Shown: in pieces, positions 31,899 through 40,872 of the stretch | Layout of the letters: each line of letters begins with the position of its first letter | How positions within the stretch are numbered: the stretch's first letter is position 1 | Assembly (NCBI GenBank): GCA_947474165.1 | Contig: CANJHO010000001.1 | Span: 18 to 64,017, forward strand | Length of the DNA stretch: 64,000 nt | From: Legionellaceae bacterium | Lineage (GTDB): Bacteria > Pseudomonadota > Gammaproteobacteria > Legionellales > Legionellaceae | Direction: 5' to 3' | Position numbers and translations under genes: made by a program | Notes under the pieces: model-generated | Told to the model about the DNA's origin: nothing | Databases searched by the model: none | The model's input: only the letters and a program-made list of their open reading frames with translations

Positions 31899-34040
31899 AT
31901 GTCTGATAATACACTTTTTAATTATCTTAGCGATCGAGCATCAGCACCGGTCATTGATTCCATTGAAAATCTAAGACGTGAGGAAAAAACCAACCGGTCC
32001 GGCATCAGGTATTTTCTGCTTGATATGAAAAAATGCCCAGACGAGGTCATTAAGGGCTTCACCGTAATCAATCACCATATCAGTGTCTACGAACATGGGG
32101 ATGAATATCATTACACGGCTGAATTGACTGACGTGGATGGAGATCAGTTTCGCTTGCATGTCTATTTCAATCATAAAGGTGAGGTCACAAAACTACCTTT
32201 TTTCGAAATCAAAAATGATCAAGATGAGTATATTCATTACGCGGCAGAACAATACGATAAGGCATTAATCAAATTAGCCAAAGACACGACCCAACCTATC
32301 ATTAAAGAATTAAAAGAGGGGATAAAACGTCACATTCAGATACTAGAAACAGCGTACACAACAATAGAGGCTCAGGCTTGTGATTTATCAAGAACCGTAT
32401 CGGAAAATTATGAGGCTTATATCAATAAACTTGATGCTGCCTATCGAGCATCATTAGCGATCATCCCCTTTGCTGATAAGACATCCATTTATACTGTGCG
32501 AGCCAACAGGCTTGAAAAATTGAAAAAGGCTTTTGAGCATCAACACACCATTGAAACACAAACTCGTGTTTTTGAGACTCAGAAATCAGAAGATGATGTG
32601 CAAAGCCCAACTGGTGCTGAGCCTATCAACCCCATCTTCCAGACAGCGCCAACAGTTATACCTATTTATATAGACATTGAAATCAACGAATTAGCTGAAC
32701 GTTTTAAAAAACTGTCAGAAAAAAAGAATGAAGTAGAACAGGCTGAAGAGCTGGCTGATATTCGGGCAAAAACAGTTGAGTTTTTTTTGCGATTAGATTC
32801 GAGTACTACACTCGCCTCTCTGGCATCCTTAGCGCTTTTACAAAAGCTAGACAGTGATACTGCTGTAAAAGGACGCGATCTATACAATAGGTTGCTTATT
32901 ACAAGACATGTTGATGGCTTGAGGTATTTGCCTAATTTCCACCATCTAATCGAGGATAAATATCTTGAGTATGCCTTGGTAAAAAAAGATGATAAATTTT
33001 TAAACTTTGTCATTGAATGTGGCGATTATGATATTAATCATCCCATCACGGTGAGAGGAACACGTTATCTGTCTGCTGCGCATTATTGTTTCGATGCTTA
33101 CACTGATGAAACACCAATGGCTGCATGCCTATCTGTTTTATTAAATCGTGGGGGATCTGCATCATTATTTGTCCCTAACGCTGATGGTTTGCCAATAGCA
33201 TACGCTATGTTATCGAGGGCTGATCATTCTCTAAGAGAAGTAATGTTTTCAAAGTTTCAAAATGACTCACAGGCGATTGCCAACTTTTTGAGAGAATTAA
33301 TTTCAGCACTTGAAGAATACCTAGTTCAAGACCCAGATGACAAAAAAAGAAAGAATAATGAGGTTAAGAGAACGATAGCTAAATCTAAGGAGCAAATTTC
33401 ACAGCTTCAATCCGGCTTAGTATCCCCCCGAGATTTTTCTTTATTTGCCGAAACGGAAGCGGCTTTAAGAGAGCATTTGGGTAAGGAAACAGATATAAAT
33501 AGATTGGATAGCGATCCTGTAATTGTTCAAGAACGAGAAAGAATGATAAAGGCGCTAGATAAATTAACGAAAGTTATCACACCTAAAGAAGCTAGAGCTT
33601 GTAGTCTCAGATCACGGGAGGATATAAAACGACGGTATTCTCAGCTTAAAGAAAAATCCTTTCAAGGCGTGGAGTACCCAAAAATAAGAAGGGAAGCCAT
33701 CGCGGAAATAGTAGATCATAGGAAGCAGTACGAAAGAGCATACGAATTACAGATGCTGAAAAAAGAGATTCAAAGATACCCTATGGATGCTAAGACGGGT
33801 AAGCCAGGTAAAAACCAACAACGTCTCTTAACAAGAGCAACGCAATTAAATGAAGAAACAATAGCGTTTTATAGAAAGTATTATCCTAATGAAAAAGACG
33901 TTGAAAAAGGGAAAAAAATGCTGGATATGATAGTGAATATGATGGTGGATATAATGAAGGAGCGTATCATGGCATCACCTTCTGAATATATACCTGATTT
34001 AGAAGAGGATGGTGCATCTTCTTTTGATTTGGCACTATAA
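31899..34040 (+). CDS. Hypothetical protein (713 aa), coiled-coil rich with ankyrin-like segment; effector candidate
   Basis: Long ATG ORF. Central segment (about 32950-33230) follows a degenerate ankyrin pattern (RGTRYLSAAHY...LSVLLNRGGSASLFVPNADGLPIAYAML). C-terminal half is K/E-rich and helical, with an acidic tail PDLEEDGASSFDLAL. Confidence 0.75.
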   Translation: MSDNTLFNYLSDRASAPVIDSIENLRREEKTNRSGIRYFLLDMKKCPDEVIKGFTVINHHISVYEHGDEYHYTAELTDVDGDQFRLHVYFNHKGEVTKLPFFEIKNDQDEYIHYAAEQYDKALIKLAKDTTQPIIKELKEGIKRHIQILETAYTTIEAQACDLSRTVSENYEAYINKLDAAYRASLAIIPFADKTSIYTVRANRLEKLKKAFEHQHTIETQTRVFETQKSEDDVQSPTGAEPINPIFQTAPTVIPIYIDIEINELAERFKKLSEKKNEVEQAEELADIRAKTVEFFLRLDSSTTLASLASLALLQKLDSDTAVKGRDLYNRLLITRHVDGLRYLPNFHHLIEDKYLEYALVKKDDKFLNFVIECGDYDINHPITVRGTRYLSAAHYCFDAYTDETPMAACLSVLLNRGGSASLFVPNADGLPIAYAMLSRADHSLREVMFSKFQNDSQAIANFLRELISALEEYLVQDPDDKKRKNNEVKRTIAKSKEQISQLQSGLVSPRDFSLFAETEAALREHLGKETDINRLDSDPVIVQERERMIKALDKLTKVITPKEARACSLRSREDIKRRYSQLKEKSFQGVEYPKIRREAIAEIVDHRKQYERAYELQMLKKEIQRYPMDAKTGKPGKNQQRLLTRATQLNEETIAFYRKYYPNEKDVEKGKKMLDMIVNMMVDIMKERIMASPSEYIPDLEEDGASSFDLAL

Positions 34041-34206
34041 AAAAGGGGGAATACAATGAAAAAATTCGGATCTACTTTTAAACACAGGGGGTTCTACGTA
34101 AGCATTTTTCTGATTGAAAAACATTGAAAGATAAGTATGAATTTGGATGAAGAAAACGATAGATACTTCATGCGGCCTGCTTACATGATGATCTTGACCT
34201 GCTTCC

Positions 34207-35178
34207 TCAGCCCTGTTGCCAACTGGCTTTGGCTCGATATAATGCGGGCAAATCAGCAGTTGTTTTATTACATTTAACAGATAAATCAAATAGTTCTCGT
34301 CTTTCTTGATAATAAATACCTAAAGGGACGGGGTACTCAGGAAAGGCAAGGCGTGCGAGGTGCATGGCAGCCATGAAATTTCTCGAGTCATGATGATACG
34401 GCTCCGTTGTTGTCATATTAACTTTCTGAAATTGCCCTTCAACCAAGGTCAAGGCCCACTCCTCTGCTGCACCAAATTGCAAGGGTTGGCCTTCTCGCAA
34501 TGCGATGGTCTTTTCAGCCCGGTTGGCTTTTAATGTAAACTCATCAAAGGCGCCTGCGTTAAAAATATGACAATCTTGATAAATTTCTATAAAAGCACAG
34601 CCCTGGTGCTCATGTGCTTTTTTAATGATCTCAGCCAACTGATTGGGATCTTTATCAACGGCTCTCGCCACAAAACTAGCGCCAGCAGCCAAGGCCAAGG
34701 TCAAAGGATTGACCGGTTGATTGCTAACCCCCATTGGGGAGGTTTTTGTTACCTGTCCTTTCTGTGAGGTGGGTGAAAATTGCCCTTTGGTTAAACCATA
34801 GACCTGGTTATTCACGAGCAAAATTTTAACATTCACATTGCGTCGCAAACAGTGAATCAAGTGATTGGTTCCAATACTCAATGCATCCCCATCACCGGTG
34901 ATCACCCAAACACATAAATCATCTCGCATCGCCTTTAAACCCGTTGCAACCGCCGTGGCTCGCCCATGAATGGTATGAAAACCATAGGTGTTCATGTAAT
35001 AAGGCAGACGACCTGCGCATCCAATGCCTGAAACAAACACATGCTGCTCTGGTGGAAGGCCTAACTCAGGTAAAATACGTTGCAATGCCGAAAGAATCGC
35101 ATAATCACCACAACCAGGGCACCAACGGACTTCCGTACCATTCTCAAAATCAGCGCGTTTATAAATCGTCTTATTCAT
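34207..35178 (-). CDS. korB: 2-oxoglutarate/2-oxoacid:ferredoxin oxidoreductase beta subunit (TPP-binding)
   Basis: WCPGCGDYAILSAL and ITGDGDALSIGTNH motifs. Confidence 0.88.
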   Translation of the reverse strand: MNKTIYKRADFENGTEVRWCPGCGDYAILSALQRILPELGLPPEQHVFVSGIGCAGRLPYYMNTYGFHTIHGRATAVATGLKAMRDDLCVWVITGDGDALSIGTNHLIHCLRRNVNVKILLVNNQVYGLTKGQFSPTSQKGQVTKTSPMGVSNQPVNPLTLALAAGASFVARAVDKDPNQLAEIIKKAHEHQGCAFIEIYQDCHIFNAGAFDEFTLKANRAEKTIALREGQPLQFGAAEEWALTLVEGQFQKVNMTTTEPYHHDSRNFMAAMHLARLAFPEYPVPLGIYYQERRELFDLSVKCNKTTADLPALYRAKASWQQG

Positions 35179-37000
35179 GGGTCACCTCAGCAAGGGGCAA
35201 ATGAGCAAGGGCTTTAATGGCCTTCACCAATGTGGTGGTGGTAAAGGGTTGACCGTTACATTGACTTAAGGCATGTGCATCTACCAAATAATCAGCACGT
35301 AATAATTGACACAATTGACCACTGTTTAACTCAGCAACCAGGATCTGTTGATACCGTTTAAGTAGCATTCCCAAGCCCTCAGGCAATGGATTTAAATGCC
35401 GTAAATGAAGCAATGCCACAGGGATGCCTTCAGCAGCACACTGCATTAGCGCGGCCCTAAGGCTTCCATAAGTACTCCCCCAACCCACTAACAAAATATC
35501 TGAATGCTCATCCCCTTCAATGATCAGTTCAGCATACTCTCTCGTCATGCCAGCAATTTTTTGTCGTCGTGTCTCCACCATGTGTTGATGATTTGCAGGA
35601 TCATAACTCACACGCCCCTCATCACCTTGCTTTTCTAAGCCACCAATCTGGTGAATAAACCCTGGAGTTCCAGGAATATTCCAACTGCGACTTAACAGCT
35701 CATCTCGTTGATAGGGTTTGGGAAATCGATTGATCTTGATTTCTGGAATTTTCAAGTCTTCTACGTCAGGGATTTTCCAAGGCTCTGCAGCATTCGCAAG
35801 GTAGGCATCTAATAAGACAATCACGGGCGTCATGTATTTAATGGCTAAACTAAACGCCTCAATGAGGGTATTAAAACAATCTGACGGTGATTTTGCAGCT
35901 AAAACAGCAAGAGGGGCCTCGCCATGTCGACCATAAAGCGCTTGCCGCAGATCACTTTGCCCTGTTTTTGTAGGTAGGCCAGTGGAGGCGCCTGCCCGTT
36001 GCACGTCCAGCAAAACCAGGGGCAGCTCCGTCATAACAGCCAGGCCCAGGCCTTCACTTTTTAAATCAAGCCCAGGACCTGATGTACAGGTTAAGGCCAA
36101 ACCTCCACCATAAGCTGCTCCAATGCATGCACAAATGGCTGCAATTTCATCCTCAGCTTGGAGTAACTGCACGCCAAAGTCGCCTAATTTGGCGCATTCT
36201 TGTAAAATAGCTGAAGCTGGCGTTATTGGATAGCCTGCAACGAAAAGGGGCTTATTTGTCGCCACAGCCATTGTTGCAATGGCTAAACCGATTGCTTCAA
36301 TCCCTGTTATTTGTCGATAATCCCCCTGCAAGCGGCTAACCTGTCCCAACATATAATGCGTCCGCGTCAACTCCAGGGTCATTGCGTAATTGTAACCGGC
36401 TAATAATGTCTCCGTGTTGGCTTTAGCCATGGCAGGATTATTTTTAAATTTCTTTGTAATAAAAGACAGACAATGATCGGTGGATAAATCAAAAAGCCAT
36501 AATACAAGCCCTAAGACATAAAAATTCTTGGTTTTTTTAGCCTCTGCATGACGTATTCCTAAGCCTTCCAGTGCTTTTAGGGTATACGTAATCAAGGGTA
36601 AAGAAACCACCTGATAGTGTTCGGCTGCGTCAGCCAGTAAATCAGGGTTTATCCCCGCTTTTTCCCAGTCTTTGGCTTGCATGCTGTCTTCATTAAGAAT
36701 CAGCAGTCCGCCTTGATTAAGGAATTGTAATGAATTTTTTAAAGCGGCTGGATTTAAAGCGACTAAAACATCGAGGGCTTCACCCGCTGTGAAAATCGCC
36801 TCCTCAGCCATGGCCAATTGAAAACCAGAAACACCGGCAACAGTGCCCGCTGGAGCGCGAATCTCTGCGGGAAAGTCAGGCAGTGTGCGAACATCTCGAC
36901 CGGTTAATGCCGCCGTGATGGTGAGTTGCTCGCCCACCAGTTGCACGCCATCACCGGAGTCTCCCGTTAGGCGAATTACAATTGCGTCAGTCATTGACAT
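35171..37000 (-). CDS. korA: 2-oxoglutarate/2-oxoacid:ferredoxin oxidoreductase alpha subunit (fused gamma-alpha type)
   Basis: 609 aa. N-terminal gamma-like domain (GDSGDGVQL) followed by an alpha domain. Overlaps korB by 8 nt. Confidence 0.85.
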   Translation of the reverse strand: MSMTDAIVIRLTGDSGDGVQLVGEQLTITAALTGRDVRTLPDFPAEIRAPAGTVAGVSGFQLAMAEEAIFTAGEALDVLVALNPAALKNSLQFLNQGGLLILNEDSMQAKDWEKAGINPDLLADAAEHYQVVSLPLITYTLKALEGLGIRHAEAKKTKNFYVLGLVLWLFDLSTDHCLSFITKKFKNNPAMAKANTETLLAGYNYAMTLELTRTHYMLGQVSRLQGDYRQITGIEAIGLAIATMAVATNKPLFVAGYPITPASAILQECAKLGDFGVQLLQAEDEIAAICACIGAAYGGGLALTCTSGPGLDLKSEGLGLAVMTELPLVLLDVQRAGASTGLPTKTGQSDLRQALYGRHGEAPLAVLAAKSPSDCFNTLIEAFSLAIKYMTPVIVLLDAYLANAAEPWKIPDVEDLKIPEIKINRFPKPYQRDELLSRSWNIPGTPGFIHQIGGLEKQGDEGRVSYDPANHQHMVETRRQKIAGMTREYAELIIEGDEHSDILLVGWGSTYGSLRAALMQCAAEGIPVALLHLRHLNPLPEGLGMLLKRYQQILVAELNSGQLCQLLRADYLVDAHALSQCNGQPFTTTTLVKAIKALAHLPLAEVTHE

Positions 37001-37733
37001 AATTTCTCGCTTCTTGCATGAGTTGGTGCATCTGTCTCACGGCGTCTTTTAAGCCACAAAACAGGGCTTTGGCCACAATGGCATGTCCTATATTTAATTC
37101 ATGTAATACCTTAATACTAGCAATGGATTGAACATTATGATAGTGCAAACCATGCCCTGCATTCACCAGCAGATTAAGACCATGGGCATATTCAGCCGCA
37201 TCACGAATCCGCTGAAGCTCAGTTAATTGGGTGGCTTTATTGCTTGCATCAGCATAAGCCCCTGTGTGCAGCTCAATAACAGACGCCCCCACTGCAATGG
37301 CCGCATCAATTTGTCGCAGGTCTGGATCAATAAATAAAGAAACCTCACTCCCTATTTTTTCCAATCGTTTAACAGCATCTGTCACGGTTTTTAAATTACC
37401 AAGCACATCCAAGCCGCCTTCAGTGGTTAATTCTTCCCGTTTTTCAGGCACAAGACAGGCATGTTCAGGTCGTATCTCTTCTGCAAAATCAAGCATCTTT
37501 TCAGTAATCGCTAATTCAAGGTTCATTCTTGTTTGCAATATCGCTTTGATAAGACGAACATCACGGGCTTGAATATGACGCAAATCCTCTCGCATGTGTA
37601 GGGTAATGCCATCAGCACCGCCACATTCTGCATCAATAGCGGCTTGCACCGGATCAGGATAACGCGTACCACGCGCTTCGCGTAATGTGGCAATGTGATC
37701 GATATTAACGCCCAGTAAGATGTTTTTTTTCAT
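36987..37733 (-). CDS. pdxJ: Pyridoxine 5'-phosphate synthase
   Basis: [28 protein letters not shown] and ELHTG motifs. Start at ATG 37733; the ORF extends to 37793. Confidence 0.93.
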   Translation of the reverse strand: MKKNILLGVNIDHIATLREARGTRYPDPVQAAIDAECGGADGITLHMREDLRHIQARDVRLIKAILQTRMNLELAITEKMLDFAEEIRPEHACLVPEKREELTTEGGLDVLGNLKTVTDAVKRLEKIGSEVSLFIDPDLRQIDAAIAVGASVIELHTGAYADASNKATQLTELQRIRDAAEYAHGLNLLVNAGHGLHYHNVQSIASIKVLHELNIGHAIVAKALFCGLKDAVRQMHQLMQEARNYVND

Positions 37734-37865
37734 GTTGATGCCCAAGTGATTTAATTGTAAATGATAATCCAAGCGTGCTAAAAAGAATATCATTCACAAA
37801 ATTTGATCGGCAAAAAAATGATCAAGGCCGGTTTGTTGTTTGATCCAGCAGGTTTTAAGTGCTTA

Positions 37866-37947
37866 AATGTTGAAGTTATTCAGAAGCCTAAGAAATCTTC
37901 TAAATAACTTCAACATTATTCCCTTCTCCCCGAACACGGGGAGAAGG
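37866..37947. repeat. Two adjacent strong hairpins (REP-like) between divergent pdxJ and pilin genes
   Basis: Hairpin A has 15-bp arms AATGTTGAAGTTATT (37866-37880) and 37903-37917. Hairpin B is CCTTCTCCCCG-AACA-CGGGGAGAAGG (37922-37947). Confidence 0.75.
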
Positions 37948-37978
37948 TGCCCGTTGGGCGGATGAGGGGCTCTTGAAC

Positions 37979-38002
37979 AGATATACTGCGCGCAGTATAT
38001 CT
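37979..38002. repeat. Perfect 24-bp palindrome AGATATACTGCGCGCAGTATATCT (best copy of the family)
   Basis: Exact self-complementarity over 24 nt. Lies 53 nt upstream of the pilin ATG. Confidence 0.9.
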
Positions 38003-38054
38003 ATTATTACAGGCAACACCGTGATTGAGGTGCTTATTGAAAACTTACCATTTT

Positions 38055-38507
38055 ATGAGCCAACCCCCAAATGTTAATAAAGGATTCTCTCTGATTGAGT
38101 TATTAGTAGTCCTTTCTATTACGGGCATTCTTTGTGCCATAATCTATCCAGGATACCGAGATACCATTACTCGTACCCATCGTAGTGATGGTCAAACAGC
38201 CCTTCTAGATTTAGCCATCCGAATGGAGAATTATTATACCAAAAACAACACCTATAAAACGGCGACCATTGGCCAAGGCACATCGACCGACGTATTAGTC
38301 CATGCCACATCCCCAGAAGGCTTTTATTTATTAAGCCTCTCTAAACTCACTCACTCGACCTATACGCTAAAGGCAACCCCTACCCCTTCACAAGCCAATG
38401 CCGATAGCCGTTGCCAATCATTGACCTTTAATAGTCTAGGTATTAAGGGAATTACTACCGGCCCCGCAGGCAACCCAACAGCGCCTGCTTCAACCTGTTG
38501 GTCATGA
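38055..38507 (+). CDS. pilE: Type IV pilin (PilE-like)
   Basis: Leader MSQPPNVNKG followed by FSLIELLVVLSITGILCAIIYPGY. C-terminal Cys pair. The ORF opens at TTG 38025, but ATG 38055 gives a canonical short leader. Confidence 0.85.
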   Translation: MSQPPNVNKGFSLIELLVVLSITGILCAIIYPGYRDTITRTHRSDGQTALLDLAIRMENYYTKNNTYKTATIGQGTSTDVLVHATSPEGFYLLSLSKLTHSTYTLKATPTPSQANADSRCQSLTFNSLGIKGITTGPAGNPTAPASTCWS

Positions 38508-38600
38508 TGCGAGGAAAAGGACAAAAATACACCATAATGAATGTTGAATAATCATAATTATGGTGTATAATACTAGCAACACCATTTGGGGGGTAAAAAC

Positions 38601-40220
38601 ATGCCAAGAACTGCTGCCAACAATAGCTTAACACTCATCAACAAAGCAGGCCTGCCTGTTATCTTAAACAGGAAACGTTTAGAGCAGTTATTCGCCCATA
38701 CAGAGTTATTTCTTCATCCCAATAAAAATGAGCAAGTCACCCCTGAAAATTCAGTTGAATTAAGTAATCAATTGCTTTCACGCTCAGGATTAAAAACAGC
38801 CCAACAGGTGATTCAATTTTTGAAATCCCCTAAGGGGCTCCTTACCATTGCACTCATTAATGATGAGTTGGCCGAAATTGCTGCATTAGAAGACGACATT
38901 CAACATCAAATACTAAAAGAACAGCTTGAGAAAAAATGTTTCTTTGCACTCTTTCTTTTAGGCCTAATGCATAAACGCAAAGCGCATGCACATCATGTAT
39001 TAGATGAAAATGCAGCACAACAGCGTGAACATAAATTACATGAAGATAAGCAAAAAGCCATCGCAGAGGAAGAAGCTGTGGCTGCATTACAAACATTAGA
39101 ACCTGATCAAAATGACCGTGACACCTATAAGGCGGAGTCCACTGAAATTGAAAAAGCACTCCTTCTTAAACTCCTTGAAGCTAAAATCCTGGGAGAGCAG
39201 CTTCAGGACCTCCAGGCACAATATAGAGAGACCATAAAAAAATATGCTGCCTATCAAGATCTCATTGGTGCTATTCATGGCCAGTTTAATGAAAACACAG
39301 CCACAGAAACCATTCAAAGTAAAATAGAAGAATTAACTAAAGAAATTAACCAACATCAAGAAACCTTAAAATCTGAAGACCAAACTGATATGCCGCATCT
39401 TATCGCATTGCGTGAGACTATTTTCGGACTAAACTTACAAGTAACGACATTACAAGACCTCAAGGCCGTAAAAAATCAAGCAAAGGTTTTATATAATAAA
39501 GACTACGAACGAGTCAGTTCTTTTGCTGATGCTGAGTTTATTTTACCAACGACACTGAAATTTGTAAAAAAAGATAACAAAAATTACCTTATTCCCTCAA
39601 ACCAGTCGCTTGAAGACATGAGCATTGCCGATCAAACTGCTGCTGAAGAAAAATTTAAACAACTCAAACCTGAACATAAAATGAGTGCAAAAAACCTCGT
39701 GCAACACTACTTGGGTAAAGAAATAGAACGACATCATGCCAAAAAAGAAGCCTTATTTTTGGCTAGTGAAGTCATGCAGGAAACACTGCTGTTGTTACAA
39801 AATCAACTGCTAGCGATCCAGGCAACGCTCACCAATGATGAATTGCTCGTAAAACAACCCAAACCCACGCCTGCCATGAAAATGCACCCCATCCCCTCTA
39901 CCACGCCAAACTCAAAATGGATGAGTGATAATTACAAACAAATTTTAATTCTTATGCGTGAAAATCCAACAGCAAGGTCCATTGCTTGGTTAAAATCAAA
40001 CCTAGCCAATGTCAAGCCTGGCGATACACTATACGAACAATTAAAGGCCCTGAGGCCAGGCGCACCTATTCCGCCTGAAACAATGAAAAATTTGTTGGCA
40101 TTAAACCCATTGGTCAGTGCTTTTTTACAGCATCACCATCCCAATAGTCCAGCACCAAAAGCGGCTGACAAAACGCTCGAACAGTCTTCTAGGCATTCGA
40201 TGCGTCCAATTAATCGGTAA
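38601..40220 (+). CDS. Hypothetical coiled-coil protein (about 539 aa); effector candidate
   Basis: ATG 38601 follows a GGGGGT Shine-Dalgarno-like run. Long heptad-like, Q/E/K/L-rich stretches. No recognised domain. Confidence 0.7.
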   Translation: MPRTAANNSLTLINKAGLPVILNRKRLEQLFAHTELFLHPNKNEQVTPENSVELSNQLLSRSGLKTAQQVIQFLKSPKGLLTIALINDELAEIAALEDDIQHQILKEQLEKKCFFALFLLGLMHKRKAHAHHVLDENAAQQREHKLHEDKQKAIAEEEAVAALQTLEPDQNDRDTYKAESTEIEKALLLKLLEAKILGEQLQDLQAQYRETIKKYAAYQDLIGAIHGQFNENTATETIQSKIEELTKEINQHQETLKSEDQTDMPHLIALRETIFGLNLQVTTLQDLKAVKNQAKVLYNKDYERVSSFADAEFILPTTLKFVKKDNKNYLIPSNQSLEDMSIADQTAAEEKFKQLKPEHKMSAKNLVQHYLGKEIERHHAKKEALFLASEVMQETLLLLQNQLLAIQATLTNDELLVKQPKPTPAMKMHPIPSTTPNSKWMSDNYKQILILMRENPTARSIAWLKSNLANVKPGDTLYEQLKALRPGAPIPPETMKNLLALNPLVSAFLQHHHPNSPAPKAADKTLEQSSRHSMRPINR

Positions 40221-40424
40221 ATTTCCCAAGAACTGCTGGTTAGCCTGTGGGTTTCTCAATAAAATGACGTGATTACCCAACAAGTGCCAGCCCCTGCCCC
40301 AAGGACTAATGGCGCTGCCTACATTTACGAATTTTAATACGACCATGTCTCCAGTTGAACTACCCGTTGCAAAATCTGCCTAAGTTATGATAACTTACTA
40401 CAAAATTTAAAGACTCGTAGGTGT

Positions 40425-40796
40425 ATGAATATGAAACAAGCACAAGACACTGCAAAAAAAGATAAATTAAACACCCTCGATTGGCTTGCAGAACATTTTC
40501 CTGCCGCTTTTTTTAAAAAAACATCTCAAGTTAAACCGCTTAAAATAGGCATTTTTGATGACATTATTGATTTTTATGAACGGCTTGATTCGCCCCCCTT
40601 TAGTAAAAAAATCTTACGTGAAGCCTTAAATTACTATAGCTCCTCACCTGCCTACTTAAGTTGCCAAAAATCAAATACCGCTCGGGTCGATTTATTTGGA
40701 AATGAAGTCGATGTTGTGAGTGATGAACAGGCCAAGTATGCCCACCTTCGGTATCAACAACGGTATATAGAAAAAAAACAGCCCAAGGAATTGTAA
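40425..40796 (+). CDS. Minimal ProQ/FinO-domain RNA-binding protein
   Basis: 123 aa. LDWLAEHFPAAFF...VKPLKIGIFDDI...LREALNYYSSSPAYL is the ProQ/FinO N-terminal domain pattern. Confidence 0.8.
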   Translation: MNMKQAQDTAKKDKLNTLDWLAEHFPAAFFKKTSQVKPLKIGIFDDIIDFYERLDSPPFSKKILREALNYYSSSPAYLSCQKSNTARVDLFGNEVDVVSDEQAKYAHLRYQQRYIEKKQPKEL

Positions 40797-40811
40797 AAAA
40801 ATAAGAATCGG

Positions 40812-40821
40812 GCGCAGTATA
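40812..40821. repeat. Half copy (GCGCAGTATA) of the palindrome family
   Basis: Right arm only. Lies between the convergent ProQ-like and ubiG stops. A degenerate copy of hairpin B lies at 40834-40853. Confidence 0.4.
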
Positions 40822-40872
40822 ACCCCATCATTACCCGTAAGCGGGAGAGGTGCTCAACAACTTAATCAGTCC

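Noticed and set aside
31644-34183. 12-nt direct repeat GCGGCCTGCTTA at both borders of the resolvase-remnant/713-aa-gene segment, as possible att sites
   Set aside because: On the order of a hundred 12-mer coincidences are expected by chance in 64 kb, and the match does not extend beyond 12 nt. It is mentioned in the findings only as a weak hint.
34035-34289. 84-aa minus-strand ORF, and a 23-codon plus-strand mini-ORF (34056-34127) with a strong AAGGGGG Shine-Dalgarno-like sequence
   Set aside because: The 84-aa ORF overlaps the korB 3' end and has no features. The mini-ORF is too short to evaluate without ribosome profiling or conservation data.
37979-38002. Resemblance of TACTG-CGCG-CAGTA to the gammaproteobacterial LexA/SOS box
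   Set aside because: The SOS box is CTG-N10-CAG (TACTGTATATATATACAGTA). Here the spacing is CTG-N4-CAG, which is incompatible with LexA dimer geometry.
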